Shown piece by piece: positions 1-10,499 of a stretch of 64,000 bases of DNA (the stretch's first letter is position 1; each line of letters begins with the position of its first letter). The position numbers and the translations under genes were made by a program. The stretch is taken from assembly GCF_006345805.1 (NCBI RefSeq), contig NC_043000.1, positions 61,814,001 to 61,878,000 of the forward strand. The letters run 5' to 3'. The notes beneath the pieces were generated by a model. The model ran no database searches, was not told the origin of the DNA, and saw only the letters and a list, made by a program, of their open reading frames with translations. This DNA comes from Octopus sinensis (taxonomy: Eukaryota).

Positions 1-12
1 ATATATATATAT

Positions 13-54
<42 letters not shown>

Positions 55-124
55 AGTAGAAAGCTGTATTTTCAACGCGTAAATACTGAACAGTATATAC
101 ATAGGATAAAATCATATATATATA

Positions 125-597
125 TATAATTTCAATGGAGGCAATACCAGCGAAAAACTAGAGGAAAATAACCTACTATCCAATAAAATATTCAATACAT
201 ATGTGTACTTTCCTTGGACCTCAATAAATCAATATAAAGTTCTAGATGATACAGTATTAAAACATACAAGTATATAAATATGAACATTAAATATTTAAAA
301 ATACGCAAATATTTAAAAAAAATGTTAAATACTTAAAAATACGTTGGCATTATAAATGTATAAATACATATTTATAATGCCAACGTATCTTTAAGTATTT
401 TTAAATATTGTTAAATATTTGCGTATTTTTAAATATTAAATATTTTATATGCTTGTATGTTTTAATACTGCATTATCTAGAACTTTATATTGATTTATTG
501 AGGTCCAGTGAAAGAACACATATATATTGAATATTCTATTGGATAGTAGGTTATATTCCTCTAGTTTTCCGCTGGTTTTGCCTCCATTGAAATTATA
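125..597. repeat. Large imperfect palindrome (arms ~235 bp, centre ~361)
   Basis: tataatttcaatggaggc... at 125 is the reverse complement of ...gcctccattgaaattata ending 597; pairing can be followed inward to ...acgttggcattataaat / atttataatgccaacgt, with scattered substitutions and indels. Confidence 0.92.
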
Positions 598-669
598 AAT
601 TGGAACAGCTCAATTAGAACTCTTTAATTCTAGCCTGTTTCTGAGCAAAGTTAACAATCTCTACATTAA

Positions 670-820
<151 letters not shown>

Positions 821-1140
821 GAAAGAAGACTTGAAAATGCAATTTTAAAGACGTTTATTGACTTGACCGTTTCAGTTTTTTAGAAAAAGATTCTCAAATG
901 TAAATGTAAAGCTTTGTATAAGATTTATTGTATTAAGTACTGGTCAACACAAAAGTATTACAATATTAATACTTTTGTGATAACCACTACTTAACACAAC
1001 AATGCTTTACATTTTACTTTTAACAATCTTTTTCTAAAAACATGAAATCGGTCAAGTTAATAAACATGTTTAAAATTACATTTTCACCACACCTTCTTTC
1101 ATATATATTTCCGCTCTTGCGGTAGCTCACACCTTTACTT

Positions 1141-1330
<190 letters not shown>

Positions 1331-1867
1331 ATTAATGTATGTATATACAATGAAGATGCTTTGGGAGGTTATGGAATTAATGCTTTTTGTTATTCCTGTA
1401 GATCTTGATTTCTTTTTTTCCAATTCTATTCAGACTAGTAATATATGAAAACATTTATTGAGTTAAAATTAAAATTTATATCCGTTTTATATATTATGAT
1501 GACACAGTACTCCCAGTATTTATAATATTTTACATATTCACATATGTAATACGTTTTTCCGTTTGTATACAATTATTGTATATTTGTGTTAAAAGAAAGC
1601 ATTATAACATTATGAGAAAAATGATATATAGAAATCGTTACAGAAACAAATCTACTAGTTTACTGGAAAATATTAAAAGCTGAATTGAAGAAATTGGAAT
1701 TACATTCAAAACAGATATCTTCTAAAATTTGAGGTTATTTATTCTGCAACGAGAAATATAAAATATGAGAAAGTGGATTACTTCGCATTTCTACATATAT
1801 AGGAATTTCTATACAGTTAACTGGATCAAATAAAATATGGATCCTCTGCTAAAAACGACCAATCTTT

Positions 1868-2422
1868 ATGAGCCCAAATTGCCGGCATGTACTGCACATA
1901 CTTAGATTTAAAGATGCATTGCAAAATAATCGTGATTCCTATGTGTACAGGGTAGCAGAGCTGACGCCTGTAACTTATTGCATAAGAAATAATCAGCAAT
2001 AAATTGTATTTTACCAAAGTATATATAAGAAACTTTATGATGGATCGAAGTTCTCGTTTACGCTCTTAGTATATATTAATATTTTATATGAAATACTACG
2101 TAAGCTTGTCGATGAAAGCAAGGTAACAATTTGAGCAAAATTAAGATCTGACATTTGTTTAGGAAGAAATTAAACGTTTGATGAAAGTGGACAATTTAAT
2201 CGGGTTCGATACTTGGAAGACCTGAAGTTTGTGTCCGAAAAATTTTTGAAATGTAAAGGCATCAAATTATAAATGGATAATTGAAACGGGTTTCATATTT
2301 TTCATCAGTTTATGTGTAATGTAAGCGAGAAAACAAACCGCTCACATTCACGTTTTATTACTATCCAGAAATTTGTGTCAGGTTCAATGAAAAGCATTTG
2401 GGAAATGGAATGGATATGTTAG
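1868..2422 (+). pseudogene. Possible decayed coding frame, family unidentified
   Basis: One frame runs 185 codons (MSPNCRHVLHILRFKDALQNNRDSYVYRVAELTP...FDESGQFNRVRYLEDLKFVSEKFLKCKGIKL...) with 5 internal stops, few for such AT-rich DNA; no recognisable motif. Confidence 0.2.
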
Positions 2423-3664
2423 GTACATCAATATAAAGTTTCATTATTTTTTATGTTTGAAATGACCTTAACTCCAAAGGGAAGAAACAGATACACGAAA
2501 CATAAATATCATAAGTCCTAAGGAACTAGAAGAAACAAAATATTGTACTTGGCATCACTCGAAACTGCACACAAATCACAATACCAAAAGAAAGAAATAG
2601 AAAAATAAATAAGTAAATAAATGAATAAAGGTACATAATATTGAAGTGAACTTCGCTATGCAAGCATCAACCTTCTCAAGCATAACCTCATGTACTGAGA
2701 CCCAGGGACATCTTAATCTTTGCACTCTTACAATATTATCTGCTGCGTCCGAGCAAACATAAACCATACAAACATGCTAATGTATTTCCGTGTTCATTCA
2801 AACTGCACTGAGATGCTCCTCATCTGTAATAATACAGAAGAGCAATAACTATTGCACTCACTCTGAGTGTACCTTGCCCACCTCCACTCTGACCATCATT
2901 ACGAATTCAATACCAAAAGGAACAGTAGAAGCACAACATACCTAAACTGAAGAAACTGTGTCTGACCTGCGAGAAATATCAATAAATATTAGCCATGTAA
3001 CTCTCAAGAGACATACAGAAAAATGTAGCCTGACATTAAATTGTATCTTTGATCATAAGTTTTGCTTGACCTGGAATAATATAAAATTAATTAGCAATAG
3101 CAATATTGTCAGTATAGAGTATGACGCTCCATCTAATTTTACTTCTGGTCGGCTCTGATTGAGCGGACACAAGGGTATCTATCCCCCTCTTTGCTCAGAC
3201 AGCATGATCCTCCGTTAGATGCAAAGTCATATTATATTTGGAGGAATGAAGGTCTGCTCGATATGTTCCTGTAACCATTGGAGGGTAAACAGTACTTGGA
3301 GTAATAACTACTCGATCCGGGCGTGCCAGAAGCAAAATTAAAACATGAAATCAACAACAAATCTCTGTAGTAAACAATGTTACTTTGATTGATGATAATT
3401 GTATTCTGATACCATACAGGAAGATCCCAAAACAAATTCAGACATAAATAAGAAAATAAATAACATTTTGGATCACGACATCCTTATATAAACAATGTTT
3501 TAAAAGATTGAATGGTCATTACTAGAACGTTTTTAATCACAGATTGGTTCCATAATAGCTAACCCCAGGTTAAACAAAGTCAATGTAAACTAATAATTAA
3601 AAGGGAAAGGAGGGGAGCGTTGAGGCTAACACGGAAAAAAGATCAGAATTGTTGGATGACTGAA

Positions 3665-3850
3665 TGAATAGTGTGCAGTGATTCCATTACATTACTGGTA
3701 ATATATTTTATCGCCCTCGGAAGAATGAAATAGCAATCTTAACTTTGACAGAATTTGAACTGAGAACGTAAAGTGTTAGAACAAATATCGAGACTATGCA
3801 GCCAACATAATGAAGCACTTTATCAGATTATTTCCGGCTGCGGAAATAAT
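3665..3850 (-). mobile_element. SINE family B copy (diverged)
   Basis: ttactggtaatatattttatcgccctcggaagaatgaaa...agaatttgaactgagaacgtaaag matches the reverse complement of the family B copies elsewhere in the window. Confidence 0.75.
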
Positions 3851-4408
3851 CTGATTAAGTTACCGATATTTACATATACGGCCTTGGTGGCAGCTGTGTT
3901 CACTCAGTCTTATATCAAAACGTCGACGCTAAAACGGATAAGTAACATTAACATGTACCAAATTTTGTGCATTACAGCGATCAGTCTTCTGAGTCTATCC
4001 TGGCCATATCAAGAATGTCAAGCAAATCGTTCAAATATATTTATTAAAGTCTAGAACGGATATATCTGTACTCTAAAATACATATCAAACCCTTCTGTTC
4101 AAAATATTGCCCGGAAGGAAATAAAATAAGTCAAAATACAAAGATGTTGAAACCTTAGTAGATGGTGTGCATGAATGTGAAAATATCAATAATTGAAGCG
4201 AGAGAAAATTAGATAAAATATGAACACTAACGTAAACATCAAAGTAGAGATAACAAATTCATGTATGTTTCGAGAACAGAGCTGCAAGACACAACACTAA
4301 CTCTATTGAAAACACCTTCAACTCAACATCAGCCAGCATATTAACCTATACAATCATCAAGGAATAAAATCACCACAACCCACTGAACCTATACTCTAAG
4401 GAGTTGGT

Positions 4409-4619
4409 TTGAGGGTTAGGGTTAGGGTTAGGGTTAGTTTTAGAGTTAGCGTTAGGTTTAGGGTTAGGGTTAGGGTTAGAATTAGGGTTAATTTTAGGGT
4501 TAGGGTTAGGGTCAGTTGTAGGGTTAGTGTTAGTTTTAGGGTCAGAGTTAGTGTTAGGGTTAATTTTAGGGTTAGGGTTAGGGTCAGTTTTAGGGTTTGT
4601 TTTAGGGTTAGTGTTAGGG
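4409..4619 (+). repeat. Interstitial degenerate telomere-type (TTAGGG)n array, ~35 hexamers
   Basis: ttaggg units interspersed with ttagtt/ttagtg/tcagtt variants in constant 6-bp register. Confidence 0.9.
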
Positions 4620-6279
4620 AGAGGTGGTGTGCACTCGCTTTACCTTCGCCCATTTTACGATGTGATATACGACAGAAATAATTATAAAACGATAGAGTAA
4701 AATGTTTAGGACGTATGCAAGTTTTGTATTTTTTATTTTTATTTTCAGTTTACATAGAAAATAAATTATACAACATATAAGTCAGTGGCTATTTGGCCCC
4801 TCATATCATTAATAACGTTTTCCGTTTGTTTTATTTTTTAGTATATAATATTTAAAGACGGATGAATCTTTCTAGTTTTTTGCATACATCATTTATTTTG
4901 TATATATATTTCCCATCTTCCTAATTCTTTAACATTGCATTTCATTTCTTAGAGAGGTGCGTTTCTAAAGTAGCGCCATAAATTCTGAGTAATTCTCTAA
5001 ATTTCTATTAGTTTAAATAACTTCATACAAGAATGTCTATGACGTTGTTCTCATTACAAAAAACAAAGTTTCGTTGTTAATTTTATGTTCTATCGCATGA
5101 TCTTTGTTCCACGTTCGCTTTTAATTCTCACCTTGTCTACGAAATCCATAAGAAAAACTAATAACTAGGGTTTTAGAAAATGTACTAGAATGCATTATAA
5201 ATACTCTTGTACCCAATGTTGAACAAGGTATTTGGCATTACGGAAAGTAGACATCGCAACAATTCATCAAAAGGGATAATTAAATGGAACAACATGAGAC
5301 TGAATATCACCATGCATCGCTAGAGAATTTCATTGAAATTTGCCAGAGTCGAGGTTTGAAGGCTTATATAGTCTTTACAGGCAAACTAAACCCATTAAAT
5401 AATTCCATGGAATCCATTAACAAATATGCTGAAAAGCAGTCCTATCATCCATCCTCAAATAATATCATAAAGGGACATTAAGGAACCGATTAAATTTAAT
5501 AGAGCAAGGAAATAGAAAATTATAAAACTTCAGGAGCCGATACTTCAGCAAACCATAACACAAAAGCAAAACTCATCAGAATATAAAAATAACAGTTTAC
5601 TCTAAGACTCAGTGGATACGAAGGAGTGGTAAACAAAAACGGATCCCACAAAATCTGACACTGCAAAGTTATAATAATGCTTCAAAAACATCGTTAGTAC
5701 TAGCACGAATAAATGCTATGTTCTAGAAATGCGCCCTCCACCGCTTAACAACCATTATTGAGTTGTTCATGTCACTGTAGCCACATCTGCGCGTATAACG
5801 ACGATGAATCTGATAATGACAGAGAGCATGGTATATGAAAACTAAATACGAAAATTTGAGCTGATTCGCCAAGAAATTCTAATCAATTACAATTCCATCT
5901 TTACTGTTGAGAAAAATTATTATTTAAATTACTAATACAAGTAGAGAATATAGAAATTAACCCGGAAACTATAATTAAGTTGAATGAATTAAACATGGCC
6001 TGTATTGTGGAGTGAGTGTTCAGATTTAGGGTAGAATGATAACTCCGGATGTCTTTCGGTTGTCCACGATAAAACAATGCGTAACCATTACAGCATATCA
6101 TAGAGAAGTAAAGGAGTATGTTTTAATTTCTGCTAATAAAACAAGTAGCTATTTTATACTTAAAGAAATATCTGTTGAAAATTACTCAGAGTTAGAAGCT
6201 GCTTGAAAACGTAATAGCCAGAAAAGATGTCTTTATGCATTTTGACCGACGTTCTAATACTTCTGCCAGTTCACCGCCC

Positions 6280-6280
<1 letters not shown>

Positions 6281-6331
<51 letters not shown>

Positions 6332-6363
6332 TAATAATAATAATAATAACAATAATAATAATA
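6281..6363. repeat. (AAT)n microsatellite
   Basis: Directly visible. Confidence 0.95.
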
Positions 6364-6364
6364 A

Positions 6365-6907
6365 ATGCCTCGATGCTGTTCAACTGTGTGGCTCTCATAG
6401 CTTCTGATCTTAATTGATTGGAAATGCTATCTTGTTTATGTTTTGTTTTTGTATAAAAGATGAGCCACGGCAAATATTCTGCTCAATACTACAGATTTGC
6501 TTGACCTTAATCAGTTGAGCATGTCCCGTACTGGAGGCCGATATATGCACCTCTAATCACAAGTAGGAGTAATGGGGTAGTATCATAGCCATGCGTTGAC
6601 AGGAATTCTTTTAAGTTTGAATAATTCACCCCTGTAAACATGGGTGTTTCGTTCATCATCCTAAACAAACCTTATTCAGTGATCTTTTGAACGGGATGAG
6701 TCACTGAAACCGACGAAAATTCTAACTGGAACCCACCTGCTATGCCATGTGCTGTTTATCTTGATATGAGATCCCCATGTTACGTACGTCTAGTCGTGAT
6801 ACATGTGCGTGGTGTACCTTCATTAGACAAGTAGTCATGATGGGTATACTGAGCTTCATATATTTTACCCCAGTGTCACTTTGATGGCATGCATTGCTCT
6901 CTCACTC
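6365..6907. mobile_element. Unclassified interspersed repeat bounded by (AAT)n (repeat X)
   Basis: Flanked by (AAT)n on both sides; 6639-6907 recurs as a diverged copy at 7320-7565. Confidence 0.7.
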
Positions 6908-6939
6908 AATAATAATAATAATAATGATAATGTAGAATC

Positions 6940-7320
6940 TGTAGGAAAGTAGATGTAAGTATCAATCACATTTTGAATGAGCACAATAGAATTATATGCG
7001 CAAACATGCCTGTATAGGCAATAGTGCAATGATATGTTAGACGATTATGTTGCTTCGAAACAAGAACAGAAATGTATATATATGAATCAGAGGCTGTGAC
7101 AAAAAATGAAAATTACAAGATCTTGTGGGACATCGCTATAAAGGTTGACCATATTATTGAGGTAATAGTTTATCTTGATATGATTATAGAGGATAAATTA
7201 AACAAATAGTGTAAGATCACAAATTTTGCAGTTTCCTATGATGGTAGATCGATTCCAAAGATACTAAAACAAAATTGAAAAGTATCAAGATCTAGTAAAA
7301 GAGCTGAGGAAACTGTGAGC
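6940..7320 (+). mobile_element. R4/Dong-like non-LTR retrotransposon fragment, restriction-like endonuclease region
   Basis: Broken translation YESEAVTKNENYKILWDIAIKVDHIIE..DMIIEDK..CKITNFAVSYD..IEKYQDLVKELRKL resembles the ILWD..I.TD..I..NRPD..D.AVP..KY.DL motif series. Confidence 0.8.
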
Positions 7321-7565
7321 ATGGGTGTTTCGTTCGACATCCTTAAATCCTAATCCAGTGACCTTTTGAGCGGGATGGGCTATTAGGCTTCAGCTGCAAG
7401 GTCATGCGCTGTTTATCTTGATACGAGATCACCATGTCGTACACATATTGTTGGAATGCATTTACCTCATGCACCCTTATCAGACGGGTAGCTATGATGG
7501 GTACACTGGACTTCGTATATTTTAACCCCAATGCCACTTTGATGACATGTACTGCTCTCTCCCTC
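7320..7565. mobile_element. Second partial copy of repeat X
   Basis: catgggtgtttcgttc...ctctctccctcaataataat aligns with 6639-6915. Confidence 0.8.
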
Positions 7566-8394
7566 AATAATAATAGTAATAAAAATAACTGTTAGTTTTG
7601 GGACCACGATTGCCCACCATTTTAGGGATATAGAACTCTGAAATATTCAAAACTGATTAACAAATATCTATCTTTATTGAGTAAAAGAAGGTGAATATTA
7701 ACAATTACGAAACGCATATTAATATAAAGATAGCAATGAATTGCAATAATGGGACAAAGAAACCTCTAAAATGGTGAGTAGTAACCAGTATAATTGGAGG
7801 AGGACCACATAGAATGCATGATCACTCTGGAATACTAAATGTACGTCCCATTCCTAGATTTTCCTGCCAACTTACTCACCTATCGTCAAAAGTACTTACC
7901 CACACCAATTCGGCACTTCGAAATTATACAACTAGTTCACGAAAGTACAGGAAAGCTTCAATTTTCAACCCTGGGATGCTATTTGTGAACAGATCACATC
8001 TTTTCTACTCACACGCTCATATAATGAGCGCGTGCTCACACACACATACACTTCTCACCGAGATTATCTGTATTTCCACACACTCAGACTCACACAATAA
8101 AACGTCTCATATGCAGTACCTACTAACACATTGTTTTACACATAGTATCTACTCAAGTTCACACTATCTTACTTACAAATTTAACTCCGGATTTACTCAC
8201 ATAAAACATCACACATATTTCATTTTCCTTCTCTTTGTCTATCATATCTGTTGACCATATACATACACCTGATTTGCAAATATTTCATTTCACAATATCT
8301 ATCCACATTTATTACTCGTATTTCCCTAATCGCACGCTTTCTTTTCTTTGCTCAAAATGAATTTATTTCACTATTGTCTATCATTGTCCATGTC

Positions 8395-8844
8395 TCACAA
8401 AGCTGATTCTATATTCTTTCCCTGCTCCCCACTGCTTTTGACTTTCTTCTGTCTTGACATAGGGCCGCAGACTGAAAGTTTTGTTTTTGAGGTTTCAATA
8501 TCCCTTTCTGTCTTCCACGGCTCAATTGAATGTGTATTTTTATTATGCTTATGATGAAGGATTATATATAAAATAAAGACGATACAAAACTGGAATGAAT
8601 ACGAGTTAGGTAGACAGTTTGTCTGGCAATTAGAAGAAAGCCATAAGAAGAATGGTTCTTGTTGTAAAAGCTGATTTAATGTGGGATATGAAGATCCCGT
8701 GCAATGGCAAGCAAAACGCCAGTAAAATAATGATAGCAGGGTAGCAAGTAACAGACATATAGCAAAACTAATGATTTTGGCAAGCATACACTGTATGAAG
8801 ATTGCAAAATGCACGGACACAATATAAAAGAAACCATAACACAA
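8395..8844 (-). CDS. Uncharacterised 149-codon open frame with hydrophobic segments and a charged tail
   Basis: Among the longest non-microsatellite ORFs; two hydrophobic stretches (FAICLLLATLLSLFYW; YSFQFCIVFILYIIL) and a polar tail; non-ATG start and no recognisable family. Confidence 0.15.
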   Translation of the reverse strand: MCYGFFYIVSVHFAIFIQCMLAKIISFAICLLLATLLSLFYWRFACHCTGSSYPTLNQLLQQEPFFLWLSSNCQTNCLPNSYSFQFCIVFILYIILHHKHNKNTHSIEPWKTERDIETSKTKLSVCGPMSRQKKVKSSGEQGKNIESAL

Positions 8845-8845
8845 T

Positions 8846-9042
8846 ATTCTTTTCTACTCTTGGCACAAGGTCCGAAATTCTCGTGGAGGGGCCAGTCGAT
8901 TAGATCTGCCCCAGTACGCAACTGGTACTTAATTTATCGACTCTAAAAGGATGAAAGGCAAAGTCGATTTCGGCGGAATTTGAAGTCAGAACGTAAAGAC
9001 AGACGAAATACTGCTAACCATTTCGCCCGGCTCGCCGCCTTA
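8846..9042 (-). mobile_element. SINE family B copy (near full length)
   Basis: ttcttttctactcttggcacaaggtccgaaatt...gtcgattagatctgccccagtacgcaactggtacttaatttatcgac...aaagtcgatttcggcggaatttgaagtcagaacgtaaagacagacgaaata. Confidence 0.9.
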
Positions 9043-9663
9043 AACCATAACACAATTTTGAAAACAAGATATGCTGGAAAGTAAGTTGGAAGTTTAGATT
9101 CCAACTTAAAACCTGTCATCGAAAAATTGTTATTGCAAAATTTCTAAGTGCAAATTGGTCGTATGACATGTTTTCAAGGGAGATATCACAGGATAAAAGG
9201 ACTTAATATTTTAAAATTTTAAATGTTGACATATAACGTCAGAACCAAATAAAGCATGAAGAAACGATTGAAAGAATGCACGCTTGAAATATGAGAAAGT
9301 CTAATACGTTTGAGAGAAATTTCCGTTGCCATAGGGACAACAAAACCATTGTTAAATTTTCTGAGAGATATTGGAATTGCAATCCAAGCTATGGAGTTGC
9401 AGGAAGACTGGCATTATTTAGAAGGAATATTTGTAAATTCCCTATAGTTTGAAGAGAGGTATCACTAACCATCAAGACACCAGTTTAATACTATGGTCAA
9501 TATGATGTGTGAACTGTGTTATTTTTATGAGCAACGGTGATGTAGAATGAATGTTATCTGAGAAATGCAGGAAGTACATTACATGAGATGTTTTGTTGGT
9601 GACTATATTTTGGATTGTATGAAGAGAAATTAACCATGAATGTTTTATTTATTTATTTAAATA

Positions 9664-10226
9664 CTAGCAGTATTGCCCGGCTCAACGGGGATTTCAGGGA
9701 GAGTTTCAGGGAGTTGCTGGCGATGTATCGTGATGATCAAAAATCCGGCCTGCTAAAATTTGGTTAAACTGATTCAAACTGCAGACTCAACGCAAAATGG
9801 TCACATTTAATCCAAAGCGTTAAAAATGTTATGAAAACAATTGGTTTGTGTTCACAAAGTCCAAACGATTAATACGAAAAAACCCTCCAGGCTACATCCA
9901 GAAAATTCATTTCTTTGCCGAATTTCTACAATGTTTACGGCGATTCGGTTTTATATCTTGATTTTTTATTTTTCATGCAATTTACGCATGCTTGCACGCG
10001 TGGTGAACACAGTTCATGTCAAACAGCTGACTGAGTAAAGTTCACTCTTCAATGCATGGGATAAGGCCTAAACAAACACATTATCGATTTTTGCATTTGC
10101 GAGATGAATTTCGGAACAGAAATAGCGAAGTTCAATTTTCATTCGCCTAAACTTTAAGTGACCCATTTTTGGTGGTTCTACGATTTGTTGGCTAGGAGGA
10201 GATGTTAAACACACACACACACACAC

Positions 10227-10286
<60 letters not shown>

Positions 10287-10326
10287 TACACACACAGACA
10301 CCCAAGTTGAGTTTTGTATATATAGA
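9664..10326 (-). mobile_element. Complete non-autonomous Helitron (663 bp)
   Basis: On the minus strand starts A|TCTATATATACAAAACTCAAC (10326) and ends with cccgttgagccggg hairpin-like motif + caatactgCTAG|T (9664); inserted at an AT dinucleotide with no TSD; internal (CA)n. Confidence 0.8.
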
Positions 10327-10499
10327 TATTTTTTATCTATTTATATATCTATTCATTTTGTTCCTATTCTCCTCTGTCGGATCCAGTTCTGCAGTTATTG
10401 ATATGGAGCTTACATTCATAATACATATATTACATTTTAATATCCTTTTAAAGTGTTTCTCGACTTCCTAGTGTACGATATTTTGGTCAAAAGGGACTG

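Noticed and set aside
2700-3075. Cluster of minus-strand AG|GT and gtgagt splice-like sites
   Set aside because: Attempted exon chains hit stops or needed implausibly short introns.
4396-4681. RV-/LT-repeat ORFs
   Set aside because: Translations of the TTAGGG array.
5280-5560. Possible LINE fragment (NYKTSGAD ~ NWKAPGPD)
   Set aside because: Single weak motif with no ordered neighbours.
7870-7905. Two strong minus-strand donors (gtgagtaagt, gtaagtac)
   Set aside because: Only a 32-nt open exon is possible; unverifiable.
8560-8660. RQFVWQLEE resembling Penelope IWQLK
   Set aside because: No upstream VVY/YIG motifs.
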